Part shown: positions 1 to 12,841 of the stretch, piece by piece
How the letters are laid out: each line of letters opens with the position of its first letter
Position numbering within the stretch: position 1 is the stretch's first letter
From: Paraphysomonas bandaiensis
Lineage: Eukaryota; Protista; Chrysophyceae
Assembly: GCA_965644295.1 (NCBI GenBank)
Contig: CBFFRP010000193.1
Coordinates: forward strand, 1 to 60,842
Direction: 5' to 3'
Length of the DNA: 60,842 bases
Position numbers and translations under genes: made by a program
The notes under the pieces: generated by a model
Seen by the model: only the letters and a program-made list of their open reading frames with translations
The model's database searches: none
What the model was told of the DNA's origin: nothing

Positions 1-132
1 TAGTTTATTCTCAATATCTGTTTAAATCTGATTTTGTTTGTTTATACTTAGAATGACGCTATCTAGTATGGCTGATTTAAGTATTTGCATACATGAATCA
101 CAGTCTGTATTCACAATCTAATTTCTCCAGCT

Positions 133-432
133 GGGGGGAAAGAGGGTAGTGTAACGCAGTACTGGTTATTTTCTGCGTTGGTAGTAGTATTATATGTTAC
201 TCTTCTGTTGTACTCTCTAACACGTACAGAGTGTTTTTGTATTTTCAGTTTTCAGTTACATATTCAGTTTCTACTCTTTCAGTGTATACACGGAGTGTTG
301 AAGCTGTACATACGTACCGGATAAAATACTTCTGATCTGGTGTGTTGTGTGCTGAAGTGAAATGCTGAACATGATGTTGTATGTGTGTGTTACTGTAGAG
401 TTGTATAGCATGTTACTCACTTTTCTATTACA
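133..432 (+). mobile_element. 3' end (polypurine tract + LTR) of an LTR retrotransposon, probably Ty3/Gypsy-type, nested in the copia element
   Basis: Purine tract GGGGGGAAAGAGGGTAG (133-149) is immediately followed by TGTAACG at 150, and the segment ends in TTACA at 432 (TGTAA...TTACA termini). No coding part of this element is in the window. Confidence 0.55.
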
Positions 433-629
433 CGTTTTAAATAACGATTTATTTAAATTCTTTCGCGGTTTGCGTCTGAGTTGAGGAACATCACCCGCTG
501 GTGAGTTCAACAGTGTAGCAGCCCGCTGGCGTGCACTTAAAATCTTTTTAAAACGTTATAGATCAGTGTTGTTTTTGTGTGAGCATACGTTGTTCTTAAG
601 AACAACTACATGTCCTCGGCGATGTCTCA

Positions 630-2249
630 TTGTTTCTTGATTCCTCCAACAGCACAATTAAAGAGCCACAGACGCTGGCAGAAGCAAAGAAGACTCCACA
701 GAGAACATACTGGATTGAAGCTACCAGGAAGGAGGTGCACAAGCTTGAACGAAGGACATGCTGGAAGATTGTCCGAAGGCCGAAACACCGAAAAATCATA
801 AAATCTAAATTGGTCTTTAAAGTAAAGCGCGACCATCTTGGAAAAATTAAGAAGTTCAAAGTTCGACTTGTGGCGAAAGGGTTTACTCAAGAACAAGGAG
901 TCGACTATAATGAGACATTCTCCCCAGTAGCTAAAGGTGTATCATTTAGGCTGGCACTGGCACTGGCTCTGCGATACAATCTGCAACTCCGTCAACTCGA
1001 TGTAGAAACGGCATTTCCGTACGCAGATCTGGACGAAGATGTGTTTATGTCTCCACCTGCAGGAATAGATATTCCACAAGGCTGTTGTTTGAAGATTCTG
1101 AAGAGTTTGTATGGCCTAAAACAAGCGCCTCGAAATTGGCATTCAATGCTGAAGGACAGTATAAAGGCGATGGGGTATAAACAATGTGTTCTTGACCCAT
1201 GTTTATTTGTCCTCAAGGGCACTGATACTAACCTACACATGATACTTGTGTATGTAGATGATATCATTGTGCTCAGCTCTGACAGCCGTCATATTGAAGA
1301 AGTCATCAGCGCTTTTAAGACTCAATATGCCATGCAAGATATGGGGGATCTTAAGCATTATTTAGGTCTTACCATTGAGCGTCATAATGGCCAGATTAAG
1401 TTACATCAGTCTGCATATGCTAAAGATGTTGTGGCCAGATTCAATCACTTGTTGTCAGAAAAGAAGAGACGGTGCAAGGCAACCACACCTCTACCACCTG
1501 GCCTAAAGTTGTCCAAGGATGCAAAAGAGGAAGAAACTCGAAAACAGAGAGAATACGTTGATGCATTTCCCTATCAATCTGTTATTGGTGCCCTAATGTA
1601 TTTGGCAGTGCATACTAGACCAGACATGGCATATACAGTAAATCTTCTCTCCCGGTTCACCACAAGACCCACGTACGCTGCATGTCAAGCTGCTCTGCAT
1701 ACTTTATTGTATTTAGACAATACAGTTGATCAAGGTATCATATTTCCTAATTTCACAGATGAAGACCCTCTATGTGTGTACTCTGATGCAGATTGGGCCG
1801 GAGATCTGGATACATGCAGATCCACTACAGGGTATATCGTATATCTGTGGGGTGCTCCAATTGCATGGCAGTCCAGACTGCAGCCAACAGTGGCTACGTC
1901 GACTATGGAAGCTGAATATATGGCTGCATATGCTGCAATTCAGGAGATTGTATGGATACGAGGGGTGATGACAGAGCTCGGAATTCGTGGATTTGAGCTC
2001 AGTAAGAATGCGTCTCCAACAATCTTGAATATGGACAGCAAGAGTGCGATTGATCTAGCTCAGAACCCGGTAAATCATAAACGTTCCAAGCATATTCGGA
2101 TCAAGTATCATTGGATTCGAGAGCAAGTGGGAGGCTGTATCGTCAGGCTGAATCATGTGCCAACGGCAGAGATGACAGCAGACGTGATGACTAAAGCCTT
2201 GTCCGAGAAGCTGCACTATCAGCATGTGCACACTATGGTATCGCACTAA
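630..2249 (+). CDS. Ty1/copia pol C-terminal part: reverse transcriptase (RVT_2) + RNase H
   Basis: Motifs KFKVRLVAKGFTQEQGVDYNETFSPV, QLDVETAF, LKSLYGLKQAPRNW, YVDD, YSDADWAGD, STMEAEYMA, KHIRIKYHWIRE. Upstream (434-600) it appears to continue in another frame with a stop, so the copy is probably defective. Confidence 0.95.
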   Translation: MFLDSSNSTIKEPQTLAEAKKTPQRTYWIEATRKEVHKLERRTCWKIVRRPKHRKIIKSKLVFKVKRDHLGKIKKFKVRLVAKGFTQEQGVDYNETFSPVAKGVSFRLALALALRYNLQLRQLDVETAFPYADLDEDVFMSPPAGIDIPQGCCLKILKSLYGLKQAPRNWHSMLKDSIKAMGYKQCVLDPCLFVLKGTDTNLHMILVYVDDIIVLSSDSRHIEEVISAFKTQYAMQDMGDLKHYLGLTIERHNGQIKLHQSAYAKDVVARFNHLLSEKKRRCKATTPLPPGLKLSKDAKEEETRKQREYVDAFPYQSVIGALMYLAVHTRPDMAYTVNLLSRFTTRPTYAACQAALHTLLYLDNTVDQGIIFPNFTDEDPLCVYSDADWAGDLDTCRSTTGYIVYLWGAPIAWQSRLQPTVATSTMEAEYMAAYAAIQEIVWIRGVMTELGIRGFELSKNASPTILNMDSKSAIDLAQNPVNHKRSKHIRIKYHWIREQVGGCIVRLNHVPTAEMTADVMTKALSEKLHYQHVHTMVSH

Positions 2250-2288
2250 GTAGACCTGCTTAGTACAGTATATTCTGATATGTTCATT

Positions 2289-2535
2289 GAGTGGGAGTAT
2301 TGAACTACAACCAACTCCTACGTGCGTACTTGAAGTTTGGTAAAGCCAATCGCTAGTAGTTATCCTGTATTCTATGTAGCAATGAAATACAGAATATACA
2401 TGACTACAGTATAGGAGTAGCTATTACAAGTATACAAAGAAACTGAAAAATATAGTAGCTGTTAAAGATATGATTTGTAGAACAGAATGTCGATGTTGGT
2501 GAATGACGTGGTTCCTAACTCATAGGGCTACAACA
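2289..2535 (+). mobile_element. copia PPT and 3' LTR
   Basis: GAGTGGGAG (2289-2297) lies 40 bp after the pol stop, followed by TATTG (2298) ... CAACA (2535). The right boundary is inferred. Confidence 0.55.
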
Positions 2536-2605
2536 TCATAAAACTTACTATATCTCCTATAATATCAATCAGTCAATATTGCACTAACTAAAAGCGTAAA
2601 TTAAT

Positions 2606-2789
2606 AAACTAACGTGAGCCGCAAACATAGTCAGCAGATATTCTTCTGCCCACTCATAGCCGAATGCTTGTGTGATACAGTGTCTGGTGACTGTATATTA
2701 TGCAGCTAACGTTAATTTACCGGAGAAATATCTTCGGTACTTATCTCTCAGAACACCTCGGTAAAGTTCGAGTCCGACTTTGTTGAGGG
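2606..2789. repeat. Family-R fragments in mutually inverted orientation
   Basis: 2606-2680 matches 25533-25607 directly; 2722-2789 matches the reverse complement of ~25460-25528. Confidence 0.85.
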
Positions 2790-3119
2790 AATAAGCAATA
2801 ATAATCATCTATCTAATCTAACGACATTATTTTTCTTTAACGATCTAAACAACTAAAGCGTTCAAAAGCCAATATTTAGAACAGCAATTGTTGTTGCATT
2901 GAAAATAATATATGCAAAGATATAGTATGGTTCTCTGCCGCTAATTTACGTAGTCATTTAGATGAAATAATTTCGTGAATGCAAAGTGATGCAGCATATA
3001 AAACATGTCATACTACACATAAAAATAGAGCAAAACAGACATACGTAGCCACATTAGTTATGATATATGATTGTAACTATTTATAACGTTACTTTCAACA
3101 TCCGATGTATATAGTTGGG

Positions 3120-4853
3120 CTATTTCGCTACACCTCTAACTACTGGTAACAAAGCGAATCTTCGTATAGTAAGTAACCGCAGGGCATCCTTTTGAGATTC
3201 ACTTAGGGTAGTGTATCCTAGAATACCAGGAATAAGAGATGCAGAGTAACTCAATACTGCTTGCCCCCATGCATTGCAACCGACAATGTAGCATAACCTC
3301 GAGTCATCTCTCGGTGTGCCGATCAAGGGGACACAGTCGGGAGTCTCAGAGTACACACCATATTGCTCTGAGTACTCCATTGTAGCACTGCCTGTTGGTT
3401 GCAGATAAGGATATTTGTTATATGTCCACTTAGCCATTGCAGCACATCGCTCCTTCATACGAGGCGGCTTAAGAGCCGAATAGTGGTCCTCACCACTGAT
3501 GCGCATTACCCCGTCCGTCATACACCTGACATCGAAAACAGTAATCATACCACATCACATCGATATGACAATGTATAATCAAATTAGCAGGATGTGATCT
3601 TACCAGTCATGTGTGAACCCCCAGGTAAAGAAATTCGGTGAGTTTGGATGTTTCATTTCACCAAAAGGGTGCGGATGGTTTTGCTTTGCTACTTCATTAA
3701 CAGAATCCTTTATTCCGACAAGATAGGACCAGCAAGGGCGTATGACACCAGCTATAGAAGGATCAACGGACAAACCGCCTATATATACCCATTTTAAGTG
3801 AAATGCCTCAGGGGTTTAAACCAGAAATTAACAGAACACGGAAAATTTAATGCCATGGAACGATAGTCGGTGTGACAAAATAAAATCACTTACCAGTTGC
3901 AACAACCACATACTTGCATGAAATTTCATGTCCAGAAGTAGTCTTTACTACAGCATACGCAGCACCCTTGACATCGTTGACGCTGAGTACCTGGGTATTT
4001 TCGTAAACCCGTAATCCCAGTGCGTTTTCTAGAGTTTCATTGCACGATATGCCATACCGCAGCAAGTCTTTACAGTACTACATAATAATCATTGAAATGA
4101 AAAATACTTGATTAGATTGTGGTGAGAACTTACCTGCGCGGAATTAATTATTCCATCATCAGGAAAAAATATACCAGCGGAGAACCCTGGGCCAGCCTCA
4201 GCCTGCACCTTTTCTTCACTCCACCACTCTACTCCTGCACATCCGAGACGAGTTAGTGCGTCAAATTCAGCCCGCAAAGAACCGGCGTCCGATTCCTCTG
4301 CCAAGTACAAAGATCCTAATGATCGGATATGTGTTGGGTCACTCAGCACAGCAGCAGCCAATCTCTTTTCGATACGTATACCTTCAGCTGCAAGTGAGAG
4401 GTATCTGCGTGCACCCTCTTCTCCTGTGACACACATCGATCAATATTAGTTTTCATACAATTTATAACAAACGTTAAATATACCATGATGCTTACAAAAT
4501 TCAGCGGTTGATGATGCATATAAATTAACCATCATCTTAACAGTGCCTGGAGTTGCATCAAGGACAGCGGACCCGCTGCGATGAGCAAAGGCGAAAACAT
4601 TTTCGTCCTCGCAGTCTCCGGGTTTAATATGCGCCTGATCTGAACACACTACAGAAGACGTTCTTCCGTCACCTGGACTTCCAGCTTCAAGGAGGATAAT
4701 ATCACGCACACCAGAGGTTAAGAGGTGCACAGCAGTGGACGCCCCTGCCACTCCTCCTACAAACAATGGCGCAATGATCACTTACTATTATGATTAACTA
4801 CATCTCTTACCTCCTACAATAACAACCTCACAAGAGTCAGGAAGGGCTGACAT
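3120..4853 (-). CDS. FAD-dependent oxidoreductase (DAO/glycine oxidase-like), multi-exon
   Basis: Spliced N-terminus MSALPDSCEVVIVG|GGVAGASTAVHL (Rossmann GxGxxG-type motif), VVVATG, PCWSYL, ETPDCVPLIG and GCNAWG; GT-AG introns. Confidence 0.85.
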
Positions 4854-5400
4854 TAGAATGTATCTGTTGAATGCAGTCTAAGAATGATTGTCAGTGACTT
4901 TAATTAGACGTGTACAGCAGTGTATCACAGTTGCCACAAGAGACAAAAATCATGTTGCTGATGGTCATTTTCTGTGTGTCTATAAAACCGGATAATAATG
5001 GGACAAACCGACTAGTTGATATAAAAAACATTGAGAGGAGAATGTGTGTTTTTATATGCACAGACTGCTGTACATAATATCGCCAGGTTTTGAGAAAGAA
5101 ATTATATGGAATATCCCTATTTTTTATAGTTCAGAAAATACTGCGATACAAAACTCGAGAAAATAGGGAGCAGAAAATAGGTTTCATAATACGGTTCATA
5201 CAATGAGGGAAGAGAGGTGTACAGTGGGACATGAAAGTGCGTCACTTGAAAATGTCGTAAGAAACAAAGACGAACACTTACAATGAGGCAGTACGATACC
5301 CCTTATAAACACTGGGGTTAGCAGAGTTAACAGGTGTGAGGTAGTTGCTAGCGGGCCTCTATTGTCAACATATATCGAAGTGCTCCTAAGAATAGTGACT

Positions 5401-6680
5401 ATGGGCTGCTCCTGCAGCTCTCCAGAAGAGTATGATGTCTCCTCTGCTCGTATGTTCGATGAGTTGAATATCACCAGTGGGGAGCTGCAAAAACTCTCCA
5501 AAGTATTCAAGAGAATTGATCTCGATCGTGACAATAAAGTCGACATGAGCGAATTCTTTGCCACTTTTCATATTGAATCAACCGCTGTGAACAGAAGGCT
5601 ATTTAAGGTCTGTGATATGGATAATTCAGGAGCATTAAACTTCTGCGAATTTGTATGTGCAATGTGAGTGACTAAAGATATAAACTGAAGACAGTAACAT
5701 TTAGCTTTAGGTGGAATATGCTAACTTTGCATCCGAATGAGCTTGGCGCATATGTATTTGAGGCTTTTGACACCAAACGAGACGGCAAACTGAGTCGCGA
5801 TGAAGTCAAACACCTTGTGGAGGCCATTCACCACAATTCTTATGAATCTAATAAGGTGGTTAAGCGAATTGTTGACAAACTTGCGGAAAACGATAAGGCG
5901 TTTGTAGATGTTGACCATTTTGTGGACTGGACAGGGAGGAATCCTTCCATTTTGGCGCCCATCATACACATTCAGGTGAATCTACAGGATAATGTTGTCG
6001 GGCGGCGATTCTGGGAGAAACTACGACATAGAAGGGCATCTAATATAAAGAATCAAATGAATATGGGGTACATGCGCCAGGTGGTGGATATGTACCGAAA
6101 TATGTGGATACATCAAGCGAAGCACAACAATTACCGCATCGGCAATGGATCTGTTGGTGGTTCACAGTTCTCTTCTACGCTCAACATCAAGCCTAGAACA
6201 CGTACATGGTCTACTGCATCAAGTTGCAACTCTAGCGTAGCCAGTGAATGTGACATTGGGATGGGAGTCGAAGGAGAGTATGACACGAACAGTTCCGTAG
6301 ACTGTGACATATCGCCAGTACCTACAGGGTCCGATAGTGTGTGGCGAAAGGCAGGACGCAGAAACAATGCTGGTGGAGTTGGACGCGCAAGAAATCCAAC
6401 GAGGACGGGGGATATCCAATACAGAGGTGATGCCTTGGCCGAACTCAACAAAGAGTCGCCAACTCATGCGCCCAGAAACTATAGGAGGAGTAAGACATCG
6501 ACAGATAAAAGAACAAATCGAGATCGAGAGAATAATGGCCAGAGGCGACGCTCTTCTCTGAGTCATTCACGTACCACTGAAGTAGAAAGTGGACGACGGC
6601 ACTCATGTAATGGTGGGGGTAATAGTGATAGGAGGAAGCTAGATGCTGACAGGCGTCACTCTTTATCTGGCGCTCATTGA
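5401..6680 (+). CDS. EF-hand Ca2+-binding protein (calcineurin B/CBL-like) with a disordered basic tail
   Basis: MGCSCS acylation-type N-terminus; EF loops DLDRDNKVDMSE, DMDNSGALNFCE and DTKRDGKLSRDE; intron ~5664-5710. Confidence 0.85.
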
Positions 6681-7408
6681 CAGTATATGACTGTGAACCT
6701 CTTCATTCCAGAGGCTACTCACACCAGCATGATATTTGGAGGTGTGCAACAATGTTAAAGTGTTTGTTATATATAACTTATTCTGTTGAACTGCGACTTG
6801 TCTGTTGTAGTCGTGGTATATAGAGTAAGACTAGTCCTCAGAGTGCAGATGTCTTTGTTGGTTATCGAAATAGCGACATGATATGTTTTGAATATTTCGA
6901 GAGAAGTGCTAAACATTGATCTGAATTTTTTAAAAGCATATAAATACTTTTATAGTAACATCATATGATATTAGCCTCGTCTGGTGGTTGCCGAAACGAT
7001 AATGCAGCATATTCATATATTTATAATGCGAATGTCTTCTTAGAAACTTCTATTACATCATTGCTAACGTGAAAACGTTTCAGGTGATATAGAATTTCGT
7101 CGAATGCATACTCCTTGAAATCAATGCAATTCATTCGACGAAACGTTACGACAGACTAATACATCATGAAATAGAATTAATTATCATTAACCATGAGAAG
7201 TTATTATTCTTCGATTTTATTGAGTACGATACGAAAAACAAGTGGATCTCAAACTTATCCAATTAGGCATCATGGTGGAATAGTACTAGAATTTATGTAA
7301 AAGTACTTCTCAATATATCACACATTATGCACTTCAAATAAAATGTGCCTCAATGAATTTAATACGGTCTTCAAGATCTCCCAATAGCGGCTTTACATCG
7401 ATATGTAA

Positions 7409-8675
7409 CTAATTCCGGGTGATATCAAGGTCAATACAGGCTTCCGCTGTAGGTTCAGCAGTGGGAACGCGAGTATCCCTCGAGGAGTCTAGTTTAATGT
7501 TACAATCTAAAAAGGGTACACCGTACTGGAATTCCCCCGCAATGAGTACATGAACAACTTCTTTAGTAACGTGTTCTGTTTGCTCGGTGGTGCATTGGTC
7601 CTCTTTAGTGATGAACACAGAGCTACCGACAGATCTATCAAACACAGAAAGGCTGGTTGAGTCCACGAGGCTATGAACTGACCCCAGCATGCCGAAAACA
7701 CCAGGGGGGTAATCATACGGTGCTAAGAGGTAATCCAGCGCAATAGCATTATGAGTCACATTGGTGAAGGTGCGAGTCTCGAATGCAAGACCCTCAAGGC
7801 AGAGAACACTACTCCCTGTGGGGAAAACCACATACGCTACTGTCTCAGGAGTGGTGATCTCGAAGTACGAAGCATCATGGGAATCATGTGGTACCAATAC
7901 AAACCAGACGCTGCGCAGCTTGACCTGCCAGGCCCTGACAGTCAAAAATAAGTCCCAACCATTGTCGACTGTGTTGACGCTTGTTTGCAGCTGTTGGATA
8001 CACCCCGCAAGAGCGTTTACAGTGCAGTACTCGCTAGGCGAAACACAACCTTTTGGATAATTGAACTGAATAGCGTTACCGTTGTTGTTGTTGGCAATAG
8101 GTGTGGCCGAAGCACGGGTAATATTCCCAGACCCAACAATGAAGTTAGTATTATGGCTCTCGTCGGTGTGGTTGGCAAGAATGTTATAGGCTCCCTCTGG
8201 GCCGAGCATCCACGCTACCTCAAGGTATAGGGGTGTGGGGGGAAATATTGGGGTGAACCACTCTTTAGAGCAGTAGCTATCATTCGGAAATACGAGCTTA
8301 AACTCAAATGTGTAAGTTCCGTCCTCATTGTGCACGGGGCGTCCGTTCATCTTGGGAACAATGGGCGGTATCACTTGATTTTCAGGGTACCTTAAGATCA
8401 TGTTAAACAAAAAATACATGTTACATCAATCCATACCAGTCAGCTGCGACAATTTCAGCCACATCCGGTATACTAATAAAAGCCACAGCGTTTTCATGTT
8501 GAAGAACTGTTGTAGTGGTAACACTAGTCCAGCCGGGATTGCCGAGAGCTTCCACAGACCTGAAGCCGATTTCCAACCAGTTGTAATCAATATACTCTTT
8601 CCTTATTAGGTCGAAGGGAACTGCAGAAACATTTCCGAAAAAATAAGCCACGAATAAAAATATATATTTGAGCAT
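7409..8675 (-). CDS. Secreted protein of unknown function; the frame is broken near 8420 (intron or indel)
   Basis: Signal peptide MLKYIFLFVAYFFGNVSA; repeated beta-rich modules ending ETVAYVV / EVVHVLI; PTAEPT linker. Confidence 0.55.
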
Positions 8676-9262
8676 TTCGTGTTTCTATAAATAATCGGAT
8701 GATTTAATAGATGTGATGTCGACGAGTTGGTGCAGCACTTGAGTTCTTATAAAGTATAACCAGCAATAGACATGGTATAAACAGGAGGAGTGATATACAG
8801 TATGTCTAGCTGTAATTGATTATGCTGACATCTGCCTATACTTAACACTCTGTATATACGGAAGATCATGATGTTTTTCCCTCACTTCTCTTGACTATTT
8901 AACCGTCCTATCCCATAACTGTATTTGTTGTATTCTAAAATACAGTGTATTCCTACTATCGAGGGAGTATGTATTCCGTTGTTTACTAGTACGATCTTCG
9001 CATATTCTTGGTATACTGGTATACCTATCCTGTATATACCTTGTATTCAGATGTTTGAATAGAACTAACTTACTTCCAATCGAAGTGTCGACTTGCATGT
9101 GCCCCTCCGTTCAACAATATACAGACCTTCACATCTATGCGACTGATAATTGAATAAGTGAATTCGTTGTGTTCATATGAAATGTACGTTTGACATGTAA
9201 GATTCAGCATATGTCGAGCTAGTGTATCACCGTTTCGCTTCTTTGACTAGCAGGAGAGAAGT

Positions 9263-10616
9263 ATGACACCGTGTCAACCACAAAAAAGGAAACGGAAGAT
9301 AAAGAAGTGCGAACATGAAGGTATGTACATGATACTTGTGATCTATTAAAATAGTACTTACTTATATTGTTTTGCTATTTGAAGGGTGTGAGAAATGTGC
9401 ACAAGGAAGCACTAATTTTTGTATTGCACACGGTGGTGGAAACAGATGCCAGTTTCCTGGTTGCACGAAAGGATCTCGAGATATTCGTTATTGTACAGCT
9501 CATGGTGGCGGGAAGCGTTGTTCAATGAGTGACTGTAAGAAGGCAGCAGTCGGAGCGTCTGACCTCTGTACATCTCACGGTGGAGGAAGGAAATGCATTG
9601 CCCCGGGGTGTCAAAAATCTGCCCAGTCTCCCACAAATTATTGCGTGCGGCACGGTGGAGGACGAACATGTGAAATGGACGAGTGCCGCAAAGTTGCACG
9701 AGGCAAGTCTAACTTTTGTGCCAGTCACGGTGGTGGTCCTTCATGTTCGATAGAAGAATGTGGTCGACAGGCCATCTCCAACACGCAGTTCTGTCGGGAG
9801 CATCGTCCCCCACGTCCACGCAAGGGCACCGCCGTTGCTAAGTGTGCAACCTCCGTGAAAGGTGACCAAACTTCTGACCACCACCCAAGCGGCAGTGAAC
9901 ATGCTACATCTGCCTCCTCTTCTATTAAAGAAACTTTACCTCCTGATTCTAGTGCAGGTGAGTTTTGTGCTGCAGAGATTAACGCCGCAGCCATCCTGCA
10001 TAGTTTCTCACGCGGCCCCGCTCGGAAGAGGAGTTGTAGTGATATGGAGAATTCAGCTGAATCTGATGCATCACTTCCTGTACCCCCCTCTGTACCGTCC
10101 ACAGATTCCCATTCCCTCCCGTCTAAGATTGAGGAAGCCCCTAATACAACCTTGTCTATTGCTAATCCCGTGACATCAAAAGCTCCTATACCTCATATTC
10201 GACAGCAGGCGTATAGTAGTCTAGTAACTCAAACCCGCTCTACAGGCGGGGTTACTACAGATAGTCGACCGCGTGAAACCTTGCGAAGCTATCAAAAGGC
10301 CTACAGCGAGTTGGCAAGATATAGTCACTCACATACTGCCATATTGTATGCGATGGAATTCCCATACCCTTCTCGATATCCTGCTCCGCTTCACCCCCCT
10401 GCTTCTCCAACCACAGGTTCTGCATCGACCCCTGTTCTATTTCCTTCCTCCGAATGCTACTCAGAGAGCCGTATTTGCCAAACATCTAGTCCTAGAACTG
10501 TACCACGAGGACCAACTGCTTCTCCCGTGTCCCAAATAGATTCCTTATCAACCCATTATTCTGAAACTACCCGTTCTGAAACATCGTCCAATAGCACACA
10601 CGATCGTTCTGACTAG
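9263..10616 (+). CDS. WRKY19-like Cys/His zinc-finger repeat protein
   Basis: Five to six CxxxGCxKxAxxxxxxCxxHGGG repeats; short first exon MTPCQPQKRKRKIKKCEHE, intron ~9320-9384; Ser/Pro-rich tail. Confidence 0.85.
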
Positions 10617-11196
10617 ACTGCATGTTTTTTAAATCACTCACAGCCAGTTGTATGGACAACTGCTTATCTGCTACCACAGTGATGTACCCTTCTGAGCATT
10701 TCCATTTCCACAGTTATTACTGACTAGGGTTCTGCTGATCACTACAGATATATGATGATATATATATATATTGAACGTTATGTTTACACATTGCAATAGT
10801 TCCTATTTAGCTGTTAGTTGTCCTTATTTTATTACATTATGTTTTTTTGTTGCGATGGAAGACTGAATATTACCAGGACGCATGGAAATATACTATCCTA
10901 CGTGATCATTTTCGTGCTAAAGATCGCATATTATAATACACTCATGTAGTTCCGAAACGTCTTAAAGCAGGGCTGAGAACATTATACCTATTACATACGG
11001 GATTGTTCCTTCCAATCTCGAAGTATTAGATAAGGTCTTCTGGTTGTAGCTCTTATGCGTACACACCTAATACCAGTAGTATTGTGTAACTTGTATTAGA
11101 TAATGTGATCAACTTTCAGTTTCACATGAAACTATTTATTAATTTACATAATATATTCAACATGTTTATTATTCCTGCCTTAAACATGGTTTCGAT

Positions 11197-11830
11197 CAGG
11201 TTCGGTAACAATATATTGATTGGTGGACCTCAATGTTGCTTTTGTTAAATAGCTCACAACTCACAATATATTGCAATCACAATATACCGAAAGCTTCTTT
11301 GTTCTTTGCTGTAGGGTGTAAAATATAAGTCCATGCTTTGACGATGATTGCAACAATACAGAGCGAGGATGATGAAACTTAAAGCTGATTCTGGCTATGC
11401 GGAAAATTTCGTCACTCACCTCAAATTTAGAAACGAAAAGTTGAAATATCTAAGTTATGTTGTGTGTATTTCCAATACATATGAACGCCTGTTCAGCACA
11501 GCAAAACTTATTTTATTAATGTTGCAAAAACGTATACTACACTTAACAATGTGATGTTGTTTCTGAAAGCAAATCGAAAGTTGTGGCCCGATGCATGTAT
11601 ATTCAAATAATTTTGAATGAACATGGTGATGATGACGTCACCGATGATGGATCATAGGATGAGAAAAATTGTAATTAGCTAAACAGTAGCCAGCGAAATG
11701 GGTGTGAATATCATGTGATCTTAGTGACTTGTTCTAAAAATGGAATATATGGATGTTTTTACTTACAGATCAATTATTACTATATTGCAATAGTATTTTG
11801 GGCCGGTTCCGAAACCTCCATCAATATGAA
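11197..11830 (+). mobile_element. Degenerate non-autonomous hAT element (same family as 17660-18692)
   Basis: Degenerate TIR CAGGTTCGGTAACAATATATTG; dimerisation-domain relic CISNTYERLFSTAKLIL; colinear with the reverse complement of 17700-18260. Confidence 0.75.
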
Positions 11831-12841
11831 CGAATTAAAGTGTTAACATTCATAGCATATTACTACTAGAACTGTACTATATTATCGCACACTTACAATG
11901 GTATGCTACCTCCCAGTGAATGTGTTCAAGACATTGTTCTATAGTTTCACATTCAGTGAAGCCTGGCAACACAAATTTACGCCCAATGATTTCTTCTCTA
12001 AGACAAACCGAGGTTAATATATATTTCTTACACCGATAGCCCAGTCCATTAAAACCAAAATTAACCGAAGATTCTATGTAGGAATCTTAAGAACTTTTAT
12101 GCAACACCTGAGCATTCATCTATTGATCATCTATTGGAGTATACGTGCAACATTCCTTTAAGTACAAGTAGACTATCTTGATTGTTCAGTCCATCAGAAG
12201 TATACAGGCAGGTTCCTCTTTAACCATTCCAGACACTCTCGGCTATGGAGAGTACCTGAGATGTACATGCATGCCATGCATCATTGACTGCCTTCAAGGG
12301 CGGATATGTACCTTTTCATCCAATCACCGCGTAGGTCAATTTCCAGGAAAAATTATTTAGCCCGCACCGCAGGTGCGGGATCCCGCACCCTTGTTTTTAC
12401 ACAAAGGCCGCACAGCAAGTGCGCCCATCGAGTGATCCAATCAGCAGAGTGCATCATAGCATAGTGCATCATATCACATGCATCGAGTATATGTATATAG
12501 TAATATGACGAGGCAGCCATATGCAGCAGATACACGTTAATGAGTGCTTGAATGATAGGTGATAACATGTTGCTACCATCTTATTTCATGAAACTGTGAG
12601 ATGAGATATGCAGTTACTGGACGAGGTTTATAAGGCTGTATGGAGAGGAACTGTGAAGGGCTGTATATTATGGTATGAAGTGATATGATATGGATATCAA
12701 TGATTGAATTCCAGGTGGGAGCATCATGCTCCCATCATCCTATTTAAAGTGTCAGGTATGCAGAGAGATGAGAAGTGGTACATTTGAAGGAATAGAAGGC
12801 TGTATATCATGCATGCACTATGTTGTGTGATGGTATATGAG

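Noticed and set aside
589-606. 18-bp perfect palindrome GTTGTTCTTAAGAACAAC at the copia frame break
   Set aside because: Isolated, with no supporting element ends; likely chance or a mutation scar.
7095-7143. 12-bp inverted repeat between convergent genes
   Set aside because: Single occurrence; prokaryotic terminator logic does not apply here.
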